This document shows positions 48,208 to 58,272 of a DNA stretch of 64,000 nucleotides, in pieces. The notes under the pieces are model-generated. The model had not been told where the DNA came from, made no database searches, and saw only the letters and a program-made list of their open reading frames with translations. A program made the position numbers and the translations under genes. Every line of letters begins with the position of its first letter. Positions within the stretch are counted from its first letter, which is position 1. Origin of the DNA: a virus (lineage: Duplodnaviria; Caudoviricetes); the IMG/VR virus record IMGVR_UViG_3300020440_001565, positions 9,619 to 73,618 of that record. The stretch is one strand, 5' to 3'.

Positions 48208-49610
48208 CTACTAACTTTATTATATTTAATCTCACTTCGTTTGTCAATAAAATCCTGTTTCCATTGATCAAATTCTGGGTATAACTCTAATACGTCTGTG
48301 TTGAATAGCTTGTCCATTCTTACCAAATAGTCAACTGCTACTTCAGGAAAACGGTCTCCTCTGTCTTCTCCACCGTCCATATAATCTAAAGATTGATATC
48401 CGTGTTTGTGTACTCTTCTCAACATCTGTTTCCACATTTTATCGTTCTTCCAAATCTCATGTTTAGAAATTGCATACTCTTGATCAAATCCAGATAAGTA
48501 AGTATCAAAGTTTATTCTTGCTAACTTTTTTAAACTGTTTGGTAAAAATCTTGGATTTACACCTTGGTTAAACTGCACCACACTTGTATGAAATAATAAT
48601 CCTAATTCAAGCCACCAATCTATTACATCTGGAAATCTAATTACGTTAAGATTTGTTGTGGTACAAGTTCCTGTCATTAAAACATTGCTAGTTAACTCGT
48701 GTAACTTTTTAACATTTTTTTCTAGCAACGGTGTTTTACTTCCTTCTCGAAAGTACTCATAAGTTTTTTTATCAGCATCAATACTAACTCTCATTAATAT
48801 TTTTCTAAATGGTTTCCATAGTTCAGCAAATTTTTCTATAATAGATTCTTTTACATTTAAATTTGAATTGTAATCAAGTTGTATATCTTTTGCATTGTGA
48901 TGTAATTCTTTTACAAACTCTGCGTGTGCTGGTTCTATTAAAGGTTCGCCTCCGGAAAATTGAATAATTCTACAGTATTTGGAAACATCAAGTACATCAC
49001 GTAGGTACTCGTCCATAACTTGGTTTTTAAAATATAACAACCATTTATAATCTTCTTCTGTTTTTGGAACTCCGAGACTCCAGTCACCTATTGTAGGATC
49101 TTGTTTGTAAACCGATAACCATTTGCTTGAACTTTCTGCACCACAATGTCGACATTGTAAATTACACAGAATACTTTTTCTAACCTCAAGCCTGTCAATA
49201 TCAGATACTTCTGCTGTTATATTTTTGGATTTTATTTTTTCTAAGACTGCTAGAGCTTTAGGATCATTTTCTTTACAGTCTCTAACAAAGTCTTCTAGGA
49301 ATTCATGTCTTGTTGAAAAATTACCATAATCTTCTTTGTCCCAACAAGTTTGGCATGATCTAGGTTTTTCATTGTTATGGAACATACCTCTAAGTTTTTG
49401 ATAGTTCTTACTATTAAACTCTTCTGAAAATAATTGATCTTTCCAGTTGCCTAGAGGTAGTTTCTTATCATCATATCGATGACAAGCGAATATTGTTCCT
49501 AGTTGATCTAGATCTCCATTAATCCAAGGTGCTATACAAAAGTTTGCAGGTAATCCATTTTCAGATAAAAAAGATTGAATCTCCTGTGACCTCGAATCCT
49601 GTGCTTTCAT
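48198..49610 (-). CDS. Radical SAM protein with N-terminal twitch-like domain
   Basis: FCIAPW...CHR...CQTCW, CNLQCRHC, FSGGEPL. Confidence 0.9.
   Translation of the reverse strand: MKAQDSRSQEIQSFLSENGLPANFCIAPWINGDLDQLGTIFACHRYDDKKLPLGNWKDQLFSEEFNSKNYQKLRGMFHNNEKPRSCQTCWDKEDYGNFSTRHEFLEDFVRDCKENDPKALAVLEKIKSKNITAEVSDIDRLEVRKSILCNLQCRHCGAESSSKWLSVYKQDPTIGDWSLGVPKTEEDYKWLLYFKNQVMDEYLRDVLDVSKYCRIIQFSGGEPLIEPAHAEFVKELHHNAKDIQLDYNSNLNVKESIIEKFAELWKPFRKILMRVSIDADKKTYEYFREGSKTPLLEKNVKKLHELTSNVLMTGTCTTTNLNVIRFPDVIDWWLELGLLFHTSVVQFNQGVNPRFLPNSLKKLARINFDTYLSGFDQEYAISKHEIWKNDKMWKQMLRRVHKHGYQSLDYMDGGEDRGDRFPEVAVDYLVRMDKLFNTDVLELYPEFDQWKQDFIDKRSEIKYNKVSRRV
48219..48247 (-). promoter_or_regulatory. sigma70-type promoter for tRNA-Gly
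   Basis: TTGACA-N17-TATAAT inside the 3' end of the radical SAM gene. Confidence 0.8.
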
Positions 49611-49618
49611 AACTATAT

Positions 49619-50047
49619 TTACTTGATTTCAATTTCAGCACCTGTTTCAGCTTCGAATTTTTTCTTAAAAGCTTCAGCATCTTCTTTGGAAAGATCACCT
49701 TTAATTTCTTTTGGTGCTCCTTCAACAAATTCTTTAGCTTCTTTAAGACCTAAACCTACTTCCGCCCTAACTGCCTTGATAGACGCAATCTTTCTATCAT
49801 CTGGATAAGACTTCAACCATACTGCGTAATCTGTTTTTTCTTCTGCTGGTGCTCCGCCTACTGCTCCTGCGGCCGCTGGTGCCATCATTGCTGATGCTGA
49901 TACACCCCATTTATCTTCCAGCATTTTAGAAAGCTCAGATGCTTCTAAGACTGTTAGTTTTGATAGCTCTTCTACGAGACCATCAAGTTTTGGATTTGCT
50001 GTCTTTGGTGCTTCTTGTACTGCTTCTTCTGACATATTGTTCTCCAT
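49619..50047 (-). CDS. rplL: Ribosomal protein bL12 (L7/L12)
   Basis: [21 protein letters not shown]; [23 protein letters not shown]. Confidence 0.95.
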   Translation of the reverse strand: MENNMSEEAVQEAPKTANPKLDGLVEELSKLTVLEASELSKMLEDKWGVSASAMMAPAAAGAVGGAPAEEKTDYAVWLKSYPDDRKIASIKAVRAEVGLGLKEAKEFVEGAPKEIKGDLSKEDAEAFKKKFEAETGAEIEIK

Positions 50048-50113
50048 TGTTTTAGTCTATTTATCACTGTAGAATTAAAACCCGTTTATAATTAAAATGT
50101 ATTGTTAGTACAA

Positions 50114-50290
50114 TTAGAAAATTTTCTTTTTGTCAAAAAATCTAGAAGCGGCTTTTATAGGATTTCTCAATCCTGAATAAACTTCATCAATAAACTCTAT
50201 ATGTTTATCTAACTTACCATTGAGCTCGTCAAACTTCTTTTCTATTCTATCCATTTGATCTTTGAGCTCTTTGGCTTGTTTTTTATCCAT
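50114..50290 (-). CDS. Small coiled-coil protein (58 aa, not in ORF track)
   Basis: MDKKQAKELKDQMDRIEKKFDELNGKLDKHIEFIDEVYSGLRNP...; TAATG-coupled to the TctA gene. Confidence 0.55.
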   Translation of the reverse strand: MDKKQAKELKDQMDRIEKKFDELNGKLDKHIEFIDEVYSGLRNPIKAASRFFDKKKIF

Positions 50291-51858
50291 TATGCATAAT
50301 CCATATTTTTATTTTTACTGAATATTCCATAAATTAATAATAATATAGAACATACTAAACAGAATGACATAATTGGATGTTGCACCCAGATTCCATTGTT
50401 TAAGAAATAGTTCTGAGATATTTTATCAAAACTAAATGTTGATGTAAAGTGGTCAAATGCTTTCAAGTCTTTCCAGAAAAATATACCTGTCAATTGATAT
50501 ACACTGGTTTCTATTCTTTCAAATAGAATATAAGCCATTAGCAAACCAGGTCTTGAAAACTTCCAATGCCTACAAATAAAACCTATAATACCAAATACAC
50601 ATAGCATTAATAAGTCTTCCCATACATTTACATAATAACGAGATGCCAATACTGCCCATATTGTTAGTGCTAACATTGGTGGCATCCAATACCTTGCAGG
50701 GAAATAAACAATTTTTGTACATTGTCTTGCGAAAGCAATCATTAGTATACCTGCGAATAGAGTACCTAACATATAGCCACCTAGCAAGTGACTAATAAAA
50801 GCCTGGTCATTCATAATAGAAGAGTTACCTACTTCAAACCCTACATACAACCATAGTGCCATTAATATAGCATACATCTTACCGCCTGGTATACCAAACA
50901 TGATAGTAGGGAGTAATCCGCCCATTTTACCAGAGTTATTTGCTCCTTCAGAGCCGATTACTCCTTTGATGTTTCCTTTTCCAAATGGAACTTCTTCTTT
51001 TTTGTTTGTTGCAACAGTGGCCGAATATGCTGACCAGTCGCCAACACCACCACCTGTACCTGGTAGGATACCAACTACCCAACCAATTGCACCACCCATA
51101 AGTGCTAACCACCTATGTTTCCAAACTGAATATATACCTTCCCATGTTTGTCTATTATGAGTTTTATTATCAATTTTTGCTATTTTAAAGTTTGTTACCA
51201 TGGCTTCATATAATTCTGGTAATGCAAATAATCCGGCGGCTACAATTACAACCGGTATGCCATCTTCTAAATATTCCCAACCAAATGTGTTTCTTACTTC
51301 TCCCATCATTCCATAACCTATGGAACCAATGAATAGTCCAAGACCAATTGCACATAAACTTCTTATTGTGTTTTTTGTTGTTACTGTAGATATAAGTGCA
51401 AAGGCTAAACATACCATACCAAATATTTCTGGTACTCCTACATATTGACTTATCTTTCCGTAGAAAGGAATGATTGCCATACCTAGCAATCCAAATAATA
51501 AACCATTTACTGTTGAACAAAATAATGCTGATGATAAGGCGTAAGAAGCCCTACCTTGTTTTGCTAATGGAAAACCGTCGACCATTGTTGCGGCGGCTCC
51601 ACTGGCACCTGGTATACCTAAGAGTACACCTGCAAACGAATCACCTATACTACAAGATACAACCGTGGCTATACTGAATAGTACAAATAGGTAATTGGCG
51701 CCTGGAAAATCAAAATACGATACAATAACAAAGAGTAGAATAACTGCTTTGCCTGGACCTGCTGATGGAATCAGCCCAATGATGCCACCATAGATGATAC
51801 CTGCTATCAACATGATGGCCCATTGAGCTACTACCGGTAATGCTACCAGCCATTCCAT
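50290..51858 (-). CDS. Tripartite tricarboxylate transporter large permease (TctA family)
   Basis: GILPGTGG, GVIGSEGANNS, FGIPG, LLGIPGASGAAATMVDGFPLAKQG. Confidence 0.92.
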   Translation of the reverse strand: MEWLVALPVVAQWAIMLIAGIIYGGIIGLIPSAGPGKAVILLFVIVSYFDFPGANYLFVLFSIATVVSCSIGDSFAGVLLGIPGASGAAATMVDGFPLAKQGRASYALSSALFCSTVNGLLFGLLGMAIIPFYGKISQYVGVPEIFGMVCLAFALISTVTTKNTIRSLCAIGLGLFIGSIGYGMMGEVRNTFGWEYLEDGIPVVIVAAGLFALPELYEAMVTNFKIAKIDNKTHNRQTWEGIYSVWKHRWLALMGGAIGWVVGILPGTGGGVGDWSAYSATVATNKKEEVPFGKGNIKGVIGSEGANNSGKMGGLLPTIMFGIPGGKMYAILMALWLYVGFEVGNSSIMNDQAFISHLLGGYMLGTLFAGILMIAFARQCTKIVYFPARYWMPPMLALTIWAVLASRYYVNVWEDLLMLCVFGIIGFICRHWKFSRPGLLMAYILFERIETSVYQLTGIFFWKDLKAFDHFTSTFSFDKISQNYFLNNGIWVQHPIMSFCLVCSILLLIYGIFSKNKNMDYA

Positions 51859-52940
51859 TATTCAGCCAGCTCTGGTCTAATTTTTGCTTTTTCACCAAAT
51901 GCTTGTCTTATTTTTATTACATTTAAGTAAGTATCTGGATTCAAAGTTGCCCAAACTTTCTGAGTAATAGTTTGTGCTTCATCACCTAATTTCCAATCAT
52001 ACTTTCCTAACTTCTTTGTAAGAATTTTCATTGCTTCTTTGTCTGCAAGTACATCATTCCATGCTTTAATAAGAATTTCTTTGTTAGGATTGTTTTTCAT
52101 TGTGTAGACTGATTTACCCATACTTGATCTAGCTTTAATAATCAAGTTGTAAGCATCGTAAAATTCACCTGATGGTTGTTCGCCCCATCTGGCCACGAAA
52201 GCATCATTGAACCATGATTCTGGCTCATTAGGATCTGCTATCATGTCACCATTGTTGTTTACTGTACCATGTGAATACCATACGACTGTTTTACCAGCTT
52301 TAAGTTCATCTTTGTATGTTTTTCTTTTGTGTGCAAAACCATCTCTTGAAATCTGTAATTGATTTACAAGATATGCTTGACGTCTTTCACCAGAACCTTT
52401 GAAGCCTTTTACTAGTCTCATTGTTGATTTCATACAAGCGATTGTTTCATCAACAGATTGATTACCACATACCATTAGTGCATGACCCATTATGTCAACC
52501 AACACTTCTGAACCACCATCAATGTGTACTGCTGGATTATCTGTTTCTGGATTTACTCCAGACTTTAAGAACACAAATGTTCCTTGAAGTTGAAGACCAA
52601 TTGTATCAACATTTTTTATTGGATCGAAACCTGCCCAACCATCTGGCTTTGTTAACCATCCAATAAATCCACCTGAGCTTTGTACTACCACTGTTGGATC
52701 ACTGGACATATTCTTTTGCCATTCTGAGTTTGCTTTTCTACCTTGTTGACCTGGTAGATATCTTATTACCATGTTGTGGCCATATGCTTGTAGTTTTTTG
52801 TCCCATTGTTTCACAAAATTTTGTGCCCACTTACCATTGCCGCCATCTGGGCCAGCTGGAACTACGTAAGTGAATGTCTCTGCTACTGCTTGAAAAGAAA
52901 ACATTAGAGAGAATAACATTGCTATTGCTATTTTTTTCAT
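51858..52940 (-). CDS. TctC/Bug-like periplasmic binding protein, divergent
   Basis: Signal peptide, VVPAGPDGG, KGFKGSGE; adjacent to TctA. Confidence 0.7.
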   Translation of the reverse strand: MKKIAIAMLFSLMFSFQAVAETFTYVVPAGPDGGNGKWAQNFVKQWDKKLQAYGHNMVIRYLPGQQGRKANSEWQKNMSSDPTVVVQSSGGFIGWLTKPDGWAGFDPIKNVDTIGLQLQGTFVFLKSGVNPETDNPAVHIDGGSEVLVDIMGHALMVCGNQSVDETIACMKSTMRLVKGFKGSGERRQAYLVNQLQISRDGFAHKRKTYKDELKAGKTVVWYSHGTVNNNGDMIADPNEPESWFNDAFVARWGEQPSGEFYDAYNLIIKARSSMGKSVYTMKNNPNKEILIKAWNDVLADKEAMKILTKKLGKYDWKLGDEAQTITQKVWATLNPDTYLNVIKIRQAFGEKAKIRPELAE

Positions 52941-53000
52941 ATTGATGTTCCTCCTTAGAACTTATATTATATTACTTTGTTAAATTGTATTTGTCTACCT

Positions 53001-53029
53001 AAAAAAAAAGGCGCCGTAGCGCCTTTTTT
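53001..53029 (-). terminator. Intrinsic terminator (possibly bidirectional)
   Basis: AAAAAAGGCGC-TACG-GCGCC-T8. Confidence 0.85.
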
Positions 53030-53037
53030 AGTGTAGC

Positions 53038-54150
53038 TTACTTTAGAAGTTCGGTTTTAACATACGCATCTGAATAACCAAACAGCCTCTGAGCCAACTC
53101 AACAAGTGTGTTAAGTTTATCCTCGGTCACCAATGATAACAAGTAATCGCTGTGAGCATTCACATCGTCACCTGCTAACCATTCGAATTTACCAAGCTTC
53201 TTATCCAATCGTGCCATTGCTTCTTTGTCAGCAAATAGATCAGCGATTGCCGAATTAAGATCTGCTAGATAAGGTGAATTTGGTGCTGTCCAAATTGTTT
53301 TTTGGAAACCATCTCTATAACCTTGGAAGGCTACATAGGCATCATAAACAATTCCTGACGGCGCCACGCCCCATACACTTTCGTATACTTCCGGAAAACT
53401 TTGTACACCAGCTGGTGCATTAATATCAGGACCTACTCCACCATTTTTACTATCAACGATACCGTGAGCAAACCATACTCTTAATTTGCCTGAGTCATAA
53501 CCGTCTTGATAAAAACGCATTGAAGTTTGAGGTGTGTCCCTTGTAGAATCAAGTTGACCATTGTTGAATGCAATACGTCTGTCACCGTGACCGCCTGATC
53601 CACCAAATCCTTTGATAAATCTTAGACGTTCATCTGTACAAGCGATAAAGTCATCAACAGTTGTAGTTTGGTCTGGTCCACACATAATTAGACCTACTGC
53701 GACCATGTCTGCCGCAAACCCTGTTCCACCTGTCTTTGGAAATGTCATCATTTGATTTTTGAAATCAGCTGATGAATTAATTGATACCCAAATGTCAGTA
53801 TTCATTACTAACACTGGTGCATACTTACGATAGTCAAATCCACCAATGTCTTCTAGTAGATATGCTTCTCCGTTACCACCATGTGCAATAACTAAGACTC
53901 TAGGATCATTTACACCATTCTTGGCGTATTCTTTAAGACTCTTTTTACCTCTCTGTCCTGCTAGGTATTTTGGTACAATAGTGTGACCGTATTTTTCCAG
54001 CTTCGCATTAAGCTCAGCCATTACTGTGTCACCCCAAAAAGCTGTACCGCCCTTACCTGGATTGCCCGGATATTGAAGTACAAGAGTTTCTGCTGTAGCT
54101 GAAACGGTAAACATTACTGCCGCAACAAATGATAAAATAAATTTATACAT
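53038..54150 (-). CDS. Second TctC/Bug-like periplasmic binding protein
   Basis: Signal peptide; paralogous segments (GQRGKKS, IKGFGGSG, VWFAHG, KKLGKFEW). Confidence 0.7.
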   Translation of the reverse strand: MYKFILSFVAAVMFTVSATAETLVLQYPGNPGKGGTAFWGDTVMAELNAKLEKYGHTIVPKYLAGQRGKKSLKEYAKNGVNDPRVLVIAHGGNGEAYLLEDIGGFDYRKYAPVLVMNTDIWVSINSSADFKNQMMTFPKTGGTGFAADMVAVGLIMCGPDQTTTVDDFIACTDERLRFIKGFGGSGGHGDRRIAFNNGQLDSTRDTPQTSMRFYQDGYDSGKLRVWFAHGIVDSKNGGVGPDINAPAGVQSFPEVYESVWGVAPSGIVYDAYVAFQGYRDGFQKTIWTAPNSPYLADLNSAIADLFADKEAMARLDKKLGKFEWLAGDDVNAHSDYLLSLVTEDKLNTLVELAQRLFGYSDAYVKTELLK

Positions 54151-54185
54151 ATTTGAGATCTCCTTTTTTGTATTTCATCTTCATT

Positions 54186-54214
54186 ATAGTACTAAATTAC
54201 AACTGGTTTGTCAA
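54186..54214 (-). promoter_or_regulatory. sigma70-type promoter
   Basis: TTGACA-N17-TACTAT upstream of the Tct operon. Confidence 0.8.
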
Positions 54215-54215
54215 C

Positions 54216-55166
54216 TTAAAATTTAAATTTTATTCCTGTTGAAATTCCAGTTGTATCAGTGCCACTGTTTACGTCCACAGATTGAAACTCTGTATAAAGA
54301 GTTACTTTCTTATTGATACTATACTGAGTACCTGCAGTCATGTATGTATTACCATCTTTAATTTTTCCATAACCACCAAGTAATTTCAATTTGTCAGTCA
54401 TTTGATATGAACCAATATATTCATTACCAGTTTTGTCTGACCCTGTTGTTGGATCTTTGATTGTGTGTGCATATCCAATTGATACACGGTCCATGCCAAT
54501 CACTCTACCATCTAGATTAAATCCAAAACCGTATACGTCATATTTTGATGCATGATTTCTTGACATACCAGCTGTAACTTTTGTATCACCAAAATCAGCG
54601 ATTGAAATACCTTCGCCAAGTTTATATGTTACTGTACCTTCTGCTATATCTGTTCCGTCTTCGCCTGAAGCACCATCAATCTTTACTAATCCAGTAAGTT
54701 CTACCCCACCAAAGCCAACACTATATTTGGCTGTACTGATATCTCTTTTGAAAGATTTTTGAACAGAGTTTTGACCATATGCTTCAAACTGTTTAACTAG
54801 ACCACCAACATTATCAAAGAACGGTGATGATTGTCTACCAACAGATAAAGCACCTAGGCTGTCATGTTTCAATCCAACATATCCTAGACGTGAGTCTAAC
54901 GGATTAGATCCTGTATCTTCTGTATCTACTCCAAATTCAAACTTACCAAAACCTTCAAGGCCTTCGCCCATACTTTGTGTTACACTTACGCCAACTCTAG
55001 ATCCTTGATTTTCTAATTTTGATACTGATGTACCATTTGAATCTTCATCATTACTGTATTTGTAGTTGAATTGACCATTGACTTTCACTTTTGTGTCAGC
55101 ATTAGCAATCGATGAAATTGCAATGATTGATGCCGCTAAAAGTGTTGTTATTGTTAATTTTTTCAT
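54216..55166 (-). CDS. Gram-negative porin
   Basis: Signal peptide, SRVGVSV, RLGYVGL, LSVGRQSSP, C-terminal Phe. Confidence 0.9.
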   Translation of the reverse strand: MKKLTITTLLAASIIAISSIANADTKVKVNGQFNYKYSNDEDSNGTSVSKLENQGSRVGVSVTQSMGEGLEGFGKFEFGVDTEDTGSNPLDSRLGYVGLKHDSLGALSVGRQSSPFFDNVGGLVKQFEAYGQNSVQKSFKRDISTAKYSVGFGGVELTGLVKIDGASGEDGTDIAEGTVTYKLGEGISIADFGDTKVTAGMSRNHASKYDVYGFGFNLDGRVIGMDRVSIGYAHTIKDPTTGSDKTGNEYIGSYQMTDKLKLLGGYGKIKDGNTYMTAGTQYSINKKVTLYTEFQSVDVNSGTDTTGISTGIKFKF

Positions 55167-55282
55167 TGTTTACTCCTTCGCTTTTTAAGGCTTTTTCTAT
55201 TAACTTGAGATATTTAATATTGTGTTTATATTGATTATATGCTATGTTAATGATAATTAACACCCACTATAATATACAAGAG

Positions 55283-55290
55283 TATAAATA
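55283..55290 (+). promoter_or_regulatory. Late promoter TATAAATA
   Basis: Exact motif upstream of 55309. Confidence 0.65.
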
Positions 55291-55308
55291 AAGTAAAGAG
55301 GAAATAAC

Positions 55309-56640
55309 GTGGAATTTATCAATTCTAATGAAAAACAAAAATTTCGCCTAATAGAGAAGGGCGATGCTAAACTTTATATCTACGGATATACTAATCTTGA
55401 TGACAAATATATTCTATCCACATTAATCAAGAAAAAGTTTCCAGAAAAGATAAGAGGACAATTTGCTTTCGTTTATATTAATGGAGACGATTGGATTGGC
55501 TGTGTAGATCATTATTGTAGTACAAATCTATATTACAACGATAACGTTATTTCACCGCTTTACAGATCTGTAATGGAAATGACTCCTAGAAAAACTATAG
55601 ACAGAATTTTTGAACAACAGATGAAAATTTTAAAAACTCATACTGTTGGTCCTTTTACCAAGTATAACGAAATAAAATCAGTTGAAGCAGAACACTATGT
55701 AAAAGGCGATAAGAGTTATAGATACAGTGACATACTAAATGAGCCAATGCAAAAATTTGATAGTGAAAAAGGTTTTGAACTATTTGTTAATGCAAGTAAA
55801 AAAGTTGATTTATCAAAGTCTGCTATATGTTTGAGTGGTGGTAAAGATAGTGCGTGGGTGGCTATGCTTATGCATGAGCTTGGATATAATCCACGTCTAG
55901 TACATATTACTAGTGAGAGAAATAGTCATAGCATTGACGACCAACAATGTAAACTTTATAAACAAGAATTAGGTTGGCCTGTTAATCACTATGAAATTGA
56001 TTATACAGGAATGATTGTAGGTGAAGATGATGTTTTCTATGAGCTATGGAATGACTCAACTTTTCCTGTAAAAAGACATTCTGTAAAAAATCATCCTGGA
56101 TATAAAATCACAGGCGAAGTTGGTTGTCCAGGACAACAAGCTCACAAGTTTGGAACCTACCTTGCTAACAATCGTGATAACATTCATGATGATGACATTA
56201 TAAATTTATATCTACATATACATCATATATATGGTAAAAAGCATAATGTGGTTCCTACTACAAGAGAAATGTGGGGAGATGACTTAATGAACGGCGTAGG
56301 CTTTCAATATATATTTGAATACTTCAGAGATGCTATCAAAAGAACTGACAAGCCCGATGCTTACAAATATTTTAATTTTCAGTTTCCAAGTTTTGCTATA
56401 CACAGATTATGGCCACAAACACAAGATACTATGAACTCATGGTTTAACTTTTATAGTGATTATGATGTTTCGAATTATCTATTGAATATTCCATGGGAGG
56501 CAAAGTATGCCGATGATGGTACAAAGAAATTTTGTTTATATGAGATAGGAAGAAAACATTTTAAAGATTGGAGTGATATCTCTTGGAGATTCCCAACAGA
56601 AGGTATGGGTATACCTGCAAAGGAGAAATATAGTGTCTAA
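55309..56640 (+). CDS. Asparagine synthetase-like PP-loop amide ligase
   Basis: Degenerate Ntn-like N-terminus (RGQFAFV) and LSGGKDS PP-loop. Confidence 0.75.
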   Translation: MEFINSNEKQKFRLIEKGDAKLYIYGYTNLDDKYILSTLIKKKFPEKIRGQFAFVYINGDDWIGCVDHYCSTNLYYNDNVISPLYRSVMEMTPRKTIDRIFEQQMKILKTHTVGPFTKYNEIKSVEAEHYVKGDKSYRYSDILNEPMQKFDSEKGFELFVNASKKVDLSKSAICLSGGKDSAWVAMLMHELGYNPRLVHITSERNSHSIDDQQCKLYKQELGWPVNHYEIDYTGMIVGEDDVFYELWNDSTFPVKRHSVKNHPGYKITGEVGCPGQQAHKFGTYLANNRDNIHDDDIINLYLHIHHIYGKKHNVVPTTREMWGDDLMNGVGFQYIFEYFRDAIKRTDKPDAYKYFNFQFPSFAIHRLWPQTQDTMNSWFNFYSDYDVSNYLLNIPWEAKYADDGTKKFCLYEIGRKHFKDWSDISWRFPTEGMGIPAKEKYSV

Positions 56641-57646
56641 TATATTAAATGGTATACCAATTAACTTTGATAAAGTTGTTTTTCTAGAAAATGAAAAGGT
56701 AGCAGATTATTTTGTTAAAAATTTATATCCTTATCATTCTAACTTTATTATAATGACTGCTGATAAAAAATATCCAAAAGATGAATCGCTTAATAAAAAA
56801 ATGTGGAACTTACTAGAAACTGATAAAAATGTGACTATTGCTGTTCTTGGTAGAGGTTGTGCTAAGGCATTATCAAATGTAAAATCTGAAAGAATATATG
56901 TACTTGATCATTTACTAGCTTTTGATATGAGAAAATTAGGTTATGGATTAGTAGATACAGAATACAATAGAAACAAAAGAATAAACTTTAATAAAGTCAA
57001 CTTTATGAATCTTATTCATACTACGTTAATCAATAATAAAAATCAGTGGCATCATCAAAGTGAAGCTGTTGACGGATCAAGAGCTTACAGTTCTTTTGAA
57101 ATAGATGATGATTGTAGATCCGTACCAAACTGGAAAGCTGTACTAATATCAAATATATCTCCAAACGAAATATATCAAGTTGATGACGAACTGACATGGG
57201 AAGAAATTGAAGAAGTATGGCGTAAAGAATTATGGCCCGGAAGAAGAACACCCATCAAACAGATGAGTTCAATGACCTGGATTCAACCTGACTATATTGA
57301 TACTGATATGGAAATCTATAAAAAATATAAACCAACTTTCTTTGGAGTACGTGATCCTTTCTCAAAAGAAATTGTTGGTGTTAACAGCGGACATAGAACT
57401 GACGATACCACTTACCGTAGAGAGGACTAATGGGTCAATCAAAGTTTTAGAGGTAAAAAAATAGGTCAAATACTTTTACAAGAAACTATACATCAAGCAA
57501 AGAAAGAAAACTGTAAATGGATATGGACTTGTCCTAGAAAGAAAAGTCTTAAAACTTATCAGAATGTTTCTTTTAAAAGAAAATCAGATTGGTTTGATGA
57601 AGGTATGGAGTTTGGACCTAATTGTATCGCGGCAAGAAAAACTTAA
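56633..57646 (+). pseudogene. Two-domain protein with C-terminal GNAT acetyltransferase, interrupted by in-frame TAA at 57428-57430
   Basis: GTG start after AGGAG; frame continues after the stop as WVNQSFRGKKIGQILL...WTCPR...TY. Confidence 0.6.
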
Positions 57647-58272
57647 AGTTTTTTCCACCAATAAACACCTAGCAACATTCTTTTATTTTTTAATCCCGAC
57701 CAATGAACTTTGTGCATAGCTCGTTCATACACAGGTTCTTTGTAATACTCAACTCTTGTTTTAAATGTTTCAGTTGCTTGGTGAATTTCATCTAACGTCC
57801 AAGGATACCAATGTATACCAAGTTCGTGTTTGAAATTTTTTTTTCCTTCTGGAAATACTGTTGCTTCTTCGCCAGCCAGTCTGTTTCTCATAACAATTAT
57901 TCCGCCTGGCTTACATAAATTAATTACTTTTTCTAAATGTCTGTAAATTCTTGGCTTATCACCAACATTGATACTGCCTAATGCTAGTACTACATCAGCA
58001 CAATTATCTTTAAATATATTTGGTAGTTCATCATGTGTGGCTTGTATATCAGCTTTTTCGTATTTGGCCGCATCTACTCCAATTAAATTTTGTATTTTAC
58101 CTTTGAGATGATTTCCACCACATCCTACATCAATTACTAATTTTGGGTCTAGTGCATTAATCTCGTCTACAAGATTATAAGAACTTTCAGTGTGAGAATT
58201 AAATGTATCTTCTTTGTAGTTAAATCTTGAGTAGAATCTATCTACTCCTTTGTCTAAGTTGTTTTCAGTCAT
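57643..58272 (-). CDS. Class I SAM-dependent methyltransferase (paralog of 47488-48120)
   Basis: LVIDVGCGGNHLK shared with the paralog. Confidence 0.88.
   Translation of the reverse strand: MTENNLDKGVDRFYSRFNYKEDTFNSHTESSYNLVDEINALDPKLVIDVGCGGNHLKGKIQNLIGVDAAKYEKADIQATHDELPNIFKDNCADVVLALGSINVGDKPRIYRHLEKVINLCKPGGIIVMRNRLAGEEATVFPEGKKNFKHELGIHWYPWTLDEIHQATETFKTRVEYYKEPVYERAMHKVHWSGLKNKRMLLGVYWWKKL

Noticed and set aside
48048-48284. ORFs 48048-48284 (+), 48071-48271 (-) and 63804-63998 (+)
   Set aside because: They are readings of tRNA-Gly and tRNA-Thr sequence
55309-56640. SGGKDS protein as QueC
   Set aside because: Too long, has an Ntn-like N-terminus, and lacks the QueC C-terminal Zn-binding Cys motif; kept only as a hypothesis
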